Shown here one piece after another: positions 26,045 to 39,693 of a DNA stretch of 64,000 nt. Position 1 is the stretch's first letter. Each line of letters starts with the position of its first letter. Source of the stretch: Yuukianura sp. NJ FZ-2021 (Eukaryota). The notes beneath the pieces were generated by a model that did not search any database, was not told the origin of the DNA, and worked only from the letters and a program-made list of their open reading frames with translations. Position numbers and translations under genes: made by a program. The stretch covers positions 2,790,001 through 2,854,000 of the forward strand of contig CM102284.1 of the NCBI GenBank assembly GCA_046563655.1, written 5' to 3'.

Positions 26045-26764
26045 AACAACGCTCCTAATACGGCAAATCAAAATGTATCCTGTTTTTTTCCCTTTAGAGT
26101 ATATATGATACTAATACTATTATCACTAATTGAGCTGTATCAGTGTAGCACCAATTATCAACAATTTGAGATCCAATTATCGATTGCTTACATTTGCCAC
26201 AAGTATTTCTTCCTGAATAAACATAATTATATTCTTTCCTTTCTTCAAACTGTATTTGAGCAGTGTCTGATCTCAAACCTCCTCCCGAGTACTAGCTTTG
26301 AAAAACTAAAGAAGATGAAATCTGCTTTCACATTTGAATTCGAAACAACCAAAACTCATTCATAAATGCATGATTCATGGCTGCAATTGCGCAAATCCAC
26401 TTTCATGGAAAAGGCAAGGTGTTCATCTTCTTTCCTCTTAAAATTCAACCAATCTTGCACCTCCCAAAATTCCCAGAGAAAATTTTTTAGGCCAAATCAC
26501 AATAAACAAATAAGGCCTTAACATCCCTTTCCGCATAAGCTTCGGGCCTGCAGGGAAAGTGAAGGATTAATTACAAAAATAATCAAGCCTTATTTCAGCG
26601 TAGGAATGGCGTGTACTTTTATTGCGCTTAACGAAAATCTTTAGAAATTGGGATCCTAAACTCTCATCCGATTCGACTGAAATGTGTTTGTTAGAACTTG
26701 GAAAATGGAAAGTAAATTGTAAGTAGTAAATCACTTAGTGTTTCTATGTGCTGCAACCTTAAGA

Positions 26765-29208
26765 TCAAAAGTCATCTTCCCCACAAATGTCGAGAAAGAC
26801 ATCATAACATAGTCTTGAGCAGGTCCCATCTGCGTTGAATCCGTATTTGTGGAATGTGCCATCCATACATACGGCTAAAAATTGAAATATTATGAGGAAA
26901 AATAGAATTAATTTTTTTCCTAGGTAAAAGATGCATGAATTCGAATTCTATACTAGTATTTTATCTAACAGTTTCTTTCGATAAAAATCGGATACTCACC
27001 AATGACTGAATTATGCGTTGAGAAAGCTGGAAATCAAAAAGATAGAATATAGTTAGTTATAGAAGAAGTATTTACTAAAAAACGGACTACTGTTCATTGT
27101 GGTTACCACATATGCAGGCACATTCTGGAGGAAGAGTGAAGCTGGCCATACTGTACTGTGATTCTCCATATTGACCAAGGAAGCCCATTTTAGAGAATCT
27201 GTTCACAAATTACAACAAATGTCAACAAAGGCTAGACACGCTTAGTTTATACATGGATACTTGGAGTAGCATGGTAATGGCCTTACGATGATCTCTTGTT
27301 TAGTGCTTGATTTTTCAATGCGAAAATGTGAATGGTTCCTTTGTCCGACGAGCAACAAAGAAAGTCAGAGTCAGGACTAAAGTTAATGGAGTACAGCATA
27401 GCTGGGTCGGATCCACGTCGAAGTTCGGTTAGAATTTCCTTCTTTGCAGCGTCCCAAACACGGATTAGTGTACCTTTATCCGAAGCAGTTGCTATTATTG
27501 TTCCTTTGGAGTTGAGTCCTAAACAAGCCAACTCTCCCTGATGAGCATTTAGTGTCCCCGGGCTGCTGAAAACTACGCCATCACTCCCCGTGAGATTCTG
27601 AAATTCAAAATTCAACCGGGGTTACTATCCCTTCATCAAAACGTTCTTCAGACAAATAAGAGTAACGAAAGCATCCTGTCCATTAAGGTTATGTATTAAA
27701 CAATACGCAATGATCAATCGGGCATAAATAAACAGTATTTTCTCGCACTATGCTAAATGTTGGCTGTGAAATTGATGCCAAACCGACTGCCACTGCGCAT
27801 GTACTGGATTGTGCAGTTCTTAGGTTAGCTCTGGTTAGCACGTCGTCATTCGGGCGGTAATTTGAAAAATCAGATTTTTTCAAAATTCTGATTTGCACAT
27901 TCTAATCAAACGGAAGCTAAGAATTAGTACAATCCACACATGTGCAGTAGCTTCTGTTTGACGATTTGGAGGGGACTACACTACTACAGCAGTAGGACTT
28001 ACGACGAGTTGAACGGATCCAACACGGCATCCGGGAAATATAAGGAGGTTTTGTGACGAGGTTCCAACGGCAGCTAATTCACAAAGCCCTATAAAAAAGA
28101 AAACCAAAACCAACCATTAAGGTTCACTTACACAGCTTAAAATAGTAATTTATTGCCTATCTTAAAATAAACAACAGAATTTACAGGCTTTAAAAAAATC
28201 TTTACCACGAGGGTTGTCTCTTGTACTAATGGTCATCAGTTTCTCTGGATTGTTGGGATAGGAAAAGACGTGTAAACGATTTCGCAGTATCGCAACAAGG
28301 CGATCACGCTTACATCGTACACCTAACACTGGTTCGTCGAAAGTGAATTCCATCACAGCACGTTTGGAACTGTCGTCATACAACATCACTGAATTTTCAG
28401 CGTATTTCGGTCGACTCCCTCCGCTTACAAGCCTTGCAAAAAAAAATTAAAAATGACGTCAGAGGAAACGGAGCATCATCACTTGATAACTTCAGGTAAC
28501 AGGAAAATTAATTGAATTAAACAAAAATGATTATTTTACATAATCCAACATGCAAAAACACTTCCTTATATACTCAAGCGGATAAGTACTAATATTTGTA
28601 CCTTTATTGACCTTCGCTGACCACTCTCAGTGAAGGTCAGTCTAGGATTTTCTTTTAATTTTACTCTTTTTCGGACGTTAGGAGTTGGGGAATTGAGGAA
28701 TGAGTTGTGATGTTTAGATCCCGTAAGATCAACTGGCTACTTTTTTTCCTTCTATGTACAAGTAATTCGCGTATAATGCTAACTTGACTCACCAAAGCAA
28801 GTTGGATCGATATACCATTTCACAAAAGCCAATGCTTCCAACGACCGTCTCGTCTAAAATAAAAATTTCGTTTAGGATTGAATATAACGTTTTGCAACCG
28901 ATGAGAAGTTGTGCAAATATCCGTCTTAACGAGTAAAATTCCCAAACTACCGTAATGCAGCTTCTCAACCAGCGGATCCACGTTGTATATTCGTAATCCT
29001 TTATCCATGCAGCAAACGAAGCAACCTAAAACCATTCAATAGAAAAGATACCGCTGCACTATAAACAACTGCATTATTCAACATTTTTTGAAGGCAACAA
29101 CCAAACAACTGTTGGGGCAAATTCTAATATTTAAAAGCTTATTTGTTTAAACTCACTTTTGTCCTGATTGAATCGGATGTTAAGGATTTGTTTTTGCCTT
29201 TCGTCCAT
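26765..29208 (-). CDS. WDR45: WD repeat domain phosphoinositide-interacting protein 4 (WIPI4; Atg18/PROPPIN family)
   Basis: [17 protein letters not shown] start; [42 protein letters not shown]; phosphoinositide motif [15 protein letters not shown]-terminus [14 protein letters not shown]. Splice sites canonical where traced. Confidence 0.92.
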
Positions 29209-29485
29209 TTTGAAAAGTTACTCAAACAAAACGGAAGTGATGTTATTTCCTGAAATAAGACAAGCAGCACAAACGTCAATTTACGACAACGTTTACTCTG
29301 AAATGTCCTCTGAAACAAAGCAATGATTATAAGTTTTACAAGGAAATCAGGTTTAACTACCTAGCGTCGGTTCCGGTTGAAAATAACCACGAAAAAGAAA
29401 GTTCCTTTGGCTTTGTTTTGTTCTAACGGCTTTCCTTTAACGAAAATAGCAAAACGATTGATTTATTATAGGTAATTATTATTAA

Positions 29486-29525
29486 CTAGAATCTTCGGTG
29501 GCCTACGGCCACCGAAAGATTCTAG
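29486..29525. repeat. Strong hairpin, probably a transposon end, upstream of WDR45
   Basis: ctagaatcttcggtggcc-tac-ggccaccgaaagattctag: 18-bp stem with one bulge and a 3-nt loop. Confidence 0.75.
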
Positions 29526-30962
29526 ACTGTAGCGTACGTACCAGTTTGACTGACTAATCGCACAAAAAACGATTACCCAATAGTTAAATTTACAAAAAGA
29601 CGGGCCAAAAACAAATGTTGGGTGCAATTATCCAATATTTAGTTTATTTCAACCGTTGTTTGTACAAAATTGTCATGCGCGCAGCGGAGGGTAGATTCGC
29701 TATTGGGAGAGTAAATGAGGAGAGTGGATAAGAAGATCACTACTATGACATATAGCTTGTTTTCCTCGTGTGCTTGAGTGAGAGTTAACTGTTTATGTTT
29801 TGCTCCTGTTCACACAAAGTGAATAAGAGAGCCAGGAGTTAACTCTCATTTCACTCACACACAGAGGACAGGAGGACTGTGTTAGAGATGCTGTAATATG
29901 TGTATGATGTTGCTTTCAGCTGGAAATGGAATGCGAGTGGAAGTTAAAATTTCAAATTCGTGAAAGGGCGGTTGCAGTAAGGATGGAATTCTGCGGTGTA
30001 GCCACAGCAAGTCCTGAAACGCGGCTCTATTTGCATCCACGTAACGCGACAAACTAAAAGGAAACAAAAACAAAACCGTAAGCATTCAATTGAAAGCGCT
30101 CGGTGGTTACAGTTTACTGCCACTTTACGTTTTACGCCATTTCAGCGAGAAAAAACTAGTGGCGCAATTTGAAAAAGTTGTCTGTAACTGTAATGACGGT
30201 GGTTGCAAGTGGTAGAGGTTATGTTTTACACAACAGAGACGTTACCACAGAATGACTTAAGGGAAGTATAGAGGGAGAGAAGACTTTACGCTACGACGGA
30301 AGAGGCAGACTCACCGGAAGGACTCGAAGGACTCTTCACTTCGTTCCGCTTCCGAAAATCGATTCCGAAATCGAACCCACCCTAACCTTTCTTGTTGTGG
30401 TGAGAAAGTTGTACCAAACCAACAAGAAATCTTACACTTTGCGCCACAAACAAAGACGAAGAAAAACACGAAGCGATTCAGAGGAACTCCGATTCTTCTG
30501 GATTATAATCAAAGCAAAACGTGAGTCCGAGTTACCCGTATCTCAATCCTTAAGTATTTGTTTTTGTTGCTTTATTTTGCAAAATCTATAGCTAGGAGAT
30601 TATTGGGGTGCTATGATACTGAAAATCTTCTATACAGTAGAAATTCTACCATTTGCACTCCTGATCTGCACCAGCACCTGTACCACCGTCTTTCACCCAC
30701 AGTAGTACAAGTACCAAAGCAAACAAAAAAAATTGATTGGTCCATACCAGTACAGAATGACAGGATAATGCAGAAATTTTACGCAGCAGATTAACCCAAA
30801 TTCAACAATTCCCAGCAAATATGACTAATTTTTAGAACGTACTCCAAACAGATGGTCTACATGTTAAAGAATTACAACAGAGAGGGAATGACGCACTGGT
30901 TTGTGTAAAAAAAAAGGCTTTCTAATCCTCAGACAGATATGGAGGGATCTTGGTGGCAATAA

Positions 30963-31087
30963 TATTTTAAATTTTCGCGCGTCAAAGAACGTTTCACCGA
31001 TTAAAAACAGCATTTTTCCCAGATTAAAACAACGCGCGAAAATTTTTAATTGGCGAAACGTTTTTTTCCGCGCGAAAATTTAAAATA
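30963..31087. mobile_element. 125-bp MITE-like inverted repeat
   Basis: Perfect 19-bp TIR tattttaaattttcgcgcg / cgcgcgaaaatttaaaata, with inner pairing aacgtttcaccgattaaaaa / tttttaattggcgaaacgtt. Confidence 0.7.
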
Positions 31088-31282
31088 ATTTTGAAACCAA
31101 GATCCCTCGAGACACGATATGTTCAGCAGACGTGTGATGTTGACATTCCATCGAAATAACTCTATGAAGTAATGATTTTTGGAATTCCGCCGCGGCTTTT
31201 CTAAGCGATTGCGATCTCCGTTTTTTTAAATACCTAAAACAACTTTTCTTTATTTTTTTTCTAGGTTTCTGTTGACACAAAG

Positions 31283-34242
31283 ATGACACTGGAGGAAAAG
31301 AATGAGTACTTAGAAGCTCAATTGTCTCACTATTGCGAAGAGAAAACGAGACTAATATATCTTTTGAAAAGATGTAATCATGGTATTCATAGTTGCTCAA
31401 ATGTTGATGATTCGAGACTACTACCCAGGCCAATTCCGTCGCAAGAACTGGCTCATCGCTTTTGCCTTAGCCACCTTACGGATGAAAACAGCAAATTTCA
31501 ACGACAAAACGCTAAAAGCTGCACTAGAAATCACAGGAATCCAGTGTGCTGGCTTCCGCCATCATCTCCGCTAGTCAACAAAGGACAAGAAGAACAAACG
31601 GAAGATTCAGACAATACGATCTCGTCAGAATTTGCACAAAAGTCCAAGCTTCCGAGGAAACAATGGGCTAAACAGATTAATAAAACTGTACCCAATGGGA
31701 ATGAACAGCCCAAGCAATTAGGCAAGGGACAACGAAATCGTTTATCAAAACTGGCAGCATTTGCAGATGCAGAAGCTTGTCTGCCATCTGGTGAGTGAAT
31801 GCGGCGTAAAACTTATGTTTACTAAAAAAAAACATCACATTTGTTTTGTTTTGAATTTTTAGGCCCGAAGCATGACTCTGCTCCAGTTACTGCACCATTA
31901 GCGGCTTTAAAATCCGTAAGAGGCCAAAGCGAAGGTCAACACAAAGTAAAGATGGATTCCGGAATGAGGCATGAATTGGATCGGCAAGGCGGCAAGATCA
32001 GTGACAAACTAAACACACGATCTCATACACATGCTACCGATCTACGACTGTCGCCAGGAATCAGAACTTCGAGTAAGGTGAAACGGAGCGGCAGCAAAAG
32101 GAACTTAGAAACTGTTCCACGATACCAGAAAAGTGGCTCTGTTAAGCAGCGAAGTAAGTCAGAAGAGCGTGCGAGTTCATCGGAAAGTGAATCACAATTT
32201 GATGAAGAGGGAGATGATGAATTTCTGACACGGACTACTATGACAGATGAGCATTTGAGTAATTTCAGAAGATATGGCGCCACTGGGAGATCGGTTTCAC
32301 CAAATCCACCCACAAGAGCTAGTCCCGTGGGAGCGATTCCAAGTGACCAAGTCTCTCTTAAATCTCCCGCTAAAGTTTCTTCGAAACGTACAGGAGAGCA
32401 TGATACAAACGGCGTGAATGTACAACAAGTATTAACCAGCGGACACCGACCGGTGAACCGGAAGCAAGAAGGCGACCGAAGGAAAAAGGCGAAACTCCCG
32501 GTGCCAGCGATAGTAACGTGAGTTGCCAACTTTCTTTAATAAAGCATTGAATTAGATTGCATTTGAAGCATTCTAGCATTATGGCGCGACCTCTACTAAA
32601 AAAAAAGACTATTTCTTTTTTCCGATGTCGGCAATTTTTACTAACTGCACAAGTTTGGTTATCGTGGTACTTTTAACGAGTCATTAATAGACAGACGCAT
32701 AGCACATGTCCTTAAAACCTAAAGTTTTTATTCCTTTTCCTCTTTTAATTTTTAGTTTATGCACCATTTTGCATAACTGCATCACATACCGCGTGATAAT
32801 CCTGTTCATGCCATTGAACGAACTTTTTACTTCATTAGTCAAAGGACTGGGATGCGGCAAGGAATGGGTTCACAGCGTCCTAACGACGGCAATGGACAGT
32901 GCGAGGATATGAGCGATATCGGCAGGAAAGTTGCAAGAGACAGCAGCGGTGGCGCATATTCAGCATTGCATCCAGTGCATACAGCAGCGAGAAAAGGCGC
33001 TGAGGACACTCGAATCCACCAAGTGAAGAGCAACATAGAACTGGAAAGTCAAGACGCGGCACCTTTGTCCTCGCTTCGTGTTGATGCCCAAACCCCATCG
33101 TCATACCACACAAAAGTCGAGAGACCCGTACCACCCAATTCAAATTCCTTTGATCTCAAACACAAACAAAAGCTGGTAGGTGACGGCGACATTAACATCA
33201 ATAAAGAACTGATGGAACGGCCATGGAGTAAGTCAAAACCACAGTACGGGGATAGTTTCCCACTGCGAGTGCCACAAAACCGAGCGCCATCTGGTGGAAG
33301 TGGTAAAAAATCATGCTTTTAAATGCTCTAGCTGAAACCTAAAAATAGTTGTGAAATAAATTAAATAAGAATTATTATTTATATTTTTTTATTTCTAGCC
33401 GCAACTGCTGGATCAAATCAACCCATGGATAAATTGAAAGACGAATTACACCCGGATCGAACAACTTCCGCCGCCACTATAAGTGGAAGTAGTACAAGGA
33501 TTGCTGTTGAAGAAAACGTGGAAAGATTTTTTATTCCATCTGACGTTGTTGGGGAGGGTTTACATGGGAATGCGGCTTTGTCATCTAGAACTTGGAGTCC
33601 CGAATTCCAGTATGAGAAGTACCCGGAGAAAAAATTGGATATGCAAGAGTACGAACTGTCCGAAACTTTCCCGGAAATGTATCGAAAACTTCAACAAACT
33701 GCTGAAATGGATCTTCAATTGCAACACCTCAAAACTGCTTTAAGGTAGGTAAACCTATGTTTTACGACAAGTACTTTCCAGTCAACCTGGCGTATTTCTT
33801 TAGTAGTTTTTATAAGTTATAACTACTAATTTTTTTTTCACAAACATGTAGAGAGAAGAATGAAGCATCTCGTAAACAAGAAATTTACCTGACTCTTCTT
33901 CGTCGCCAGCTGGACATTGCTCAAAGTGACTTGAATGGTCTGCGGGAAGAACGAGATGAAATGTTGAAAACAATTACCGAACTCTCCGGTTTGTCCAGTC
34001 GGAATGACCTCGACGGTACGAAAGTTGAATTCAAAGCGAACGGGAAGAACGGTGTTATGTTAAGAAACAGGATTCAGCGTTACATTGAAGAGGTGCGTCA
34101 AATTGAAAACCTACTTGAGTGGAAGGAGGAGGAGAATCAGCTCTTCCTCGAACAATTCGTTTCTCTAAGGAATGAACTTTTACAATTTGAGGGTACGCAT
34201 ATAGGATTAGAACCAAATCCTGAAACGCTAATTTCAAATTAG
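31283..34242 (+). CDS. Uncharacterised protein: N-terminal helical segment, long S/R/K-rich disordered middle, C-terminal coiled coil; exons 31283-31790, 31863-32517, 32839-33302, 33399-33744, 33852-34242
   Basis: Five long ORFs joined by GT-AG introns whose phases (1,2,1,2) all match; heptad-like LQHLKTALREKNE..LRRQLDIAQSDLNGLREERDEMLK. Confidence 0.75.
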
Positions 34243-35667
34243 TAGGATGTTCGAGGGATTGGAATGGGTTGAAAGAGGTCATGCTTTAATACTTACCTGT
34301 AAGAGTTGCCATTGCAATAAATGCAAGTTGCATTGAATAAATGTAACTTGCATTTATTCAATTAGGCGGCCGAGAGTCACAGACTACTGGAGAAAGAGTG
34401 ATGATCAGAGATCACAAAAATATTTTTTATCAATATTTTAAATATTCTCAATATTCTGGGGTTTTTGGCAACTGTACCAATCTCACATTAAGTAAGCATT
34501 TGATATACTTGACCCTCAAAAATCAAAGATTAAGGCCTGCTTGACCCCAATGATCCCAAATATTCTCCTTGGAGCCCCAGTGACCTCACGCTTGAATTTT
34601 AACGGGATATTGTTTAATTGGGAATGGGATGCGGTTTGGAGTGAATAATTGTGAAACGAATGAGTCACAGAGGCGCAACAATGCAGAATCTGGGAGTTTA
34701 ATGATGAGCTAATAACGAAAACTTGCTGGGGTTCGTTTCCAACACTTGTCATTGTTATCGCCTGCATTTTTGCTCGCCACAAGTGTCGTTGATTCATCAC
34801 TTTTCACTTGAATCCAAGAAAGTTGGATTCATACATTAGTAGTCATAGGGAGGCTGAGATCCGTGCATCAATTTTGCACAAACTCTACAGTTGTTGTCAA
34901 CGACGCTTCTAGAGTGGACACACACTCACGCACTTTCTTCCATAACGTCCCACTAATTTTATATTGAAAATGCTATCCTATTTTATAGTGGTCCTTGTTA
35001 ATAGTTAGTCAATGTACTACACATTTATGTAGTTGAGTTACAGTAATTAAAATTAAAAATTGATAATTCAGAAACAACAAGTTTGCTCAATGTCGGATTA
35101 ATTTTTGTGATAAATTCTTGTGAAAAGTGTGTTTGCGGTAAAATTGAAACAATATTGTTCGTTGTTGTTGATTTTCGTTAGTAAAACAGAAGTGTGTAAG
35201 CTCTAAAACCTGAATTCAGCGTGGCAGAAGGTGGTAATGAAAATCAAGAGGATTGATTTCGTTTGCATTCTAATTAACCTTAAAAGTTGTCATCCTCATC
35301 TCAAGCCAATTGTTGCAAAGGTTATTAAAGACAAAAGGAGTTCCGTCTTGTGTTGCGTTTGTGAAATGGGAAACCCCAAGAGTCAGAGTGAATGAAATGA
35401 AACCCTCACGTTAGAGATGTCAATATGCCTCCTTTTAAGTGTTTGGGTGCAACGACTAGTGATACACACTTTCCAGAAAAATCATGAGATCATACCGTAT
35501 AGTTCATCATAGATTAACTTCACCGTCGTTGTCAGTGTCCATCCACGCTTGTGTTCAGATTGATTGTGCGCAACCGTTTGATTGTTGTTGCTAAACTAAG
35601 ACACTTAACATCAATTCCGACGGCGTCTTCTGGATTCTGTTCTTCATAGCCTAGGTTAACATAACCT

Positions 35668-35716
35668 ATGAGGTGTGGAGGATTTGGACCAATTGACTTG
35701 CGTGGTTTTTCTCAAG
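35668..35716 (+). CDS. Candidate first coding exon of the zinc-finger gene (MRCGGFGPIDLRGFSQ)
   Basis: ATG plus a strong AAG|GTAAGA donor in phase 1, matching a phase-1 acceptor at 39699-39700. Confidence 0.4.
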
Positions 35717-38334
35717 GTAAGACAAAGTGACGACACTTTTACTTTTACCTTAGGTTAGTTCCGAGTTTCATTTTTTGTTGTAATTATTACTGCATTCCGG
35801 ACGATGCGGTTTTTTTTTTGGTGAGTACTCGGAGAGATCCATTTACATCCTGGAACAAGAGCGCAGAATCTCAGATTCTATTCGTCATTTGGAGTTATGG
35901 CTTTGGGTTGAGGTTTAAGACAATAATGGGAGGCAAATTCAAAGTTTGTCGACTACATAACGTAATTTGCTACAGGGAAAATGTATAAGTTAGTACTTAA
36001 TGTTACCTTTTATTTTTGAATTTATAAATCTTGAAGCGTGAAATAGTTTTTTTTAATTGAAAAGCTTTTAAAGTCAACGAACTTGAGGCAACAAGCCTAA
36101 CTTATGCCAACGTAATCTTAAGAGGACGCCAATTGATATCCGGTTTATTTTTTCCTTTTCCTCAGATTTAAAAAACGTTTTGAAAGGAAAATCAAATTAA
36201 CTGAACTGGGCAGTTTCCAGTAGAACTCGTTTTGCGCATGTTCTACTAACACAAATTTTTGGGATTACTCAAATTGTAAAAAGATTGGCAGTCGTTTTGA
36301 TTAAATTCTTGTTAGGACATTGTCTTTATTGTTGTTGGGAATTTCCGTAATTCACAGCCAATGCCATAGCCTACTTGCAGTAGTTGCATTAGACTTCCTT
36401 AGGAAAATTCCCAAGGATCTTGAGCACGTTGGTTAGAAATTAGGTCAGTGTCGCTTTCCCTCCAATACGTGTGGTAAATCACGTTAAGTATTTGCATTAG
36501 AGCTAGGTAGGGTGTGCTTTGATCGTATTTATAATTGTGTCAGGTAAGGATGCAAAGCAGGATCTAGTCAATGATGATGTTGATGATGACGTATGCGGTG
36601 AGTCACACTTGCAAATTCTCCTTAAAACTCGCTCAACCGATCAAATTTTGTATTCTGCACGTCATTCGTCACTCTCAATTCTCGAATCCTCCTTTTCTGC
36701 AACAATTCAACTCTAGGCTTCACAATTTCATTTTTGTGTGAACTGACTCGACTTCCCTCTAACGATAAATTGTGATTGCAGTTTAGCTAATCCGGATTTA
36801 TTAATTTATTGCTTATAACAGAATACCGGAAGTTCGACATTATTTTCGTACGTTAATCTTAGTTAGTCATTTCAGTTTCATTCTTTTAATTTTTGTATCT
36901 TAGAAACACGGTTATTTTTTTTGAAATTGAAATGCAATTTTTTGTTTTAGTGGTCAAACTTTTTGATTAAAATTTACTTCGACATTTACGACATTTTGAG
37001 CATCAATGAAACCATAATTTTTTTTTTTACAATTGATTTGGATAGACCTTTGAAAGTAAAATTAATTTTCGCTTAGAAAAATGCCCGAAATAAGATTTTT
37101 TTTAAAGCTGGAAATTGAAATTCAATAGATTTTCTTTGTGCGTGCGGAACAAATACAGGAGGTTTTAGGTTGGTTAGGGAAAGGGACGGGCCTAGTATTG
37201 GATTATTTTGCAACAAACTTTGCAAAATGCGATTGGCGCTAGCTGGATCTTGAAGGAAAGGGATGGACTTTTACAGTGATTCAATCCTTTTGGCGTTGAA
37301 CAGTAGATGTGGATAGGCAAGGATTTCTTGGAATTGAGGGTTTGTGAGACATCGCCGCTTTCTGCACCAGAAGAACCTTGATCACTGCCAGCAGCCACAC
37401 ACATTTAATAGTGTGCGTCATACAGGCAGACTTGTACAGACAAAGGGATCTTGCCTTAAAATTTTGAATTCCTTCTATATTTCTAGTTTTCTAGGAATCG
37501 ACACTCAAACCTGTTTAAATTCACGCTTGTTGCCAAGGCAACGAAAACTAAGAATCCACCTTTCCAGCTTTTCAGGTAGGTCCCCTTTCCACTTTGTAGG
37601 TGTGTCGGTCTTTTTAACAACAAAGCATGTTTGGCGCTGCATGCACTGCGTATGAGTTCAAGGTTAATTTAAAATTAAGATTTTGGAATTTTTTTTAATT
37701 CAAATTTATATTCGCAGCCAAATTAAGGGATTTTCAACCGAAGATTTGTTTCCCTTCGAAATCATTTCCGAAGCCGCTATTTGCTTTCACATGACCTAAC
37801 TTTCTCTAAATCCAGACTATTCGTGTCACTTGTAGTTGCATAATTGCATTTTAAATTTAATGAATTTGTAATGTAATAAAACTCCAGCGAGTGTAAGGGA
37901 GGTTGAAATATAGTGAAAGTGGATAATGTGCTGAAAACTTTGAAATTTTATCAAAATTTTGGGAATCTAATTTGTTTTCTCTAGCTGTCCTTGCTAACTG
38001 CTAAAACTTAAGCAAGATTATACCGGCAAATAAGGTTGGAAACACTATGTCGCAAGACAAAACTATATTAGCGTTTTGGTTTTCCTATAAAAACCGTTGT
38101 TTAATTGAAAAATATCAGCCTGCCGTGTATTCCGGGAAGTACAAATGTTGATTGGAAATATATCGGAGAAAACAGTTGACTAACCCTCTTACTGCATAGT
38201 TGCAAGCTTGTTTAACTCGAAATTTTGTTTATTTCTTCTTAGAAGGTTTTGTCATAACTCCTCTAGCTCTTAAAAATTGTTTGTTTTGAAATTTTTCTGC
38301 GATTTGTTGACCTCGCGCCATATAAAGTAAATGG

Positions 38335-38485
38335 GATTGGTCCAAAATTGGTCCAAAAGTTGTTTTTTTCTTGTTTATTTTTCAAAATCGGAGTTGTGAC
38401 AAAACCTCTTACGCCATTTCTATAAATGGTCGCTTTAAAGCGACCATAGCAACACATAGCATAAAGGTTGCTAAATAGCAACCTT
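38335..38485. mobile_element. Interspersed repeat with two hairpins (Helitron-like); same family as the Argonaute insertion
   Basis: Reverse-complement match to 22271-22378; perfect palindrome atggtcgctttaaagcgaccat (38426-38447); 10-bp stem aaggttgcta-aa-tagcaacctt (38464-38485). Confidence 0.7.
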
Positions 38486-39693
38486 GGCATAGTTGCGTAG
38501 ATATTGTCCTTGGTCGTAGGTCCAGGTTTTCCTCGAATCAGTGACGATTTTTATACTGTAATGTTTAACCGACCTCATCTTTTGTACAGTTTTGTTTATG
38601 ATTAGATAACAGATTTCTCCTTAAATATTTTCTGCCAGTCTTTCGGTATGGAACTATAGCGATACTGCAGACTGTAGTACTATGCAGAATCTGTGTAGTA
38701 TCGGAGAGTACTGCGATTTCGCTGGTCGAATTAGTAAAGCCGACGTTAGTAACGAAACGACATTCGGGTGCTGGACCAGTTGCAAACTGAAGTGGTCTAA
38801 AGCTTCGCGGTAAATAAAATTTTACCATAAAATATCATTTTTATGAAAATGTTTTTATTAAATTATATAATTGACGATCGATCTAAAACATTCAATTCCA
38901 GCATCCGTTAAGGTATTCTCCATCCTTGATTTGAATTAAACAGGTTTTTTTTTATCGTAAACTTTTACTTTGTTTTGCCCAACAACGTCCGTCTCCGGGT
39001 TTGTCACAAAAACTTTCTCACGTTCATTGAGGTACCCTGTAGCTTGCACCTTATCCTTGAAAACCATGCCTTAACTCTCAAGGCGTGTATCGGCGGGAAA
39101 TATGAATTGATACCTGTTTCGGTTTGTGAACTACAAATCAATCCAACAGTTCTGTTTCGAACAACGTTGACGTTTTCCTTTTGCAGAAAAGTTAACCCGC
39201 AAAATTCCACAAACAAATCTCATTCCATTTTTCAAAGTGTATGACAAATCGGAGGACAGTTTAAGACAAGTTTTTATTCCTCGTAGCTTTTGAAGTCGAG
39301 TAGAAGCGGCGCAATCCTAAACTAAACACGACGTAATAGACACGCCCAGGAATCAATTGCTACTGGAAATACATTAGTTTTGTCGAAACAATCACTGAAA
39401 AAAATAACAAATGTAACAACTGTGAAAGTGTTATTGTGATTTTCAAAATCTTTGAAAAGAATTATTTTCTCTGTTTCAGTGCATCGTGGAGCGCTGAAAC
39501 CACTTTTGACCTGGTGACTTAACAAGCCATGACAGTCTTTTTATTGCTCAAACTGTGGACAACCTTAACGAAAACTCAAATTCCCAGCAAAAGCATTTAG
39601 TGGTCCGCAAATTTTCAAATTTGAATTCCGTTTTACCTCGACATTTTGGAAACTGCATCGATCTATCGCCGAAAACTAAAATATCTTCATCTT

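Noticed and set aside
32023-32529. 168-aa minus-strand ORF
   Set aside because: Antisense shadow of a plus-strand exon that has phase-consistent splice sites.
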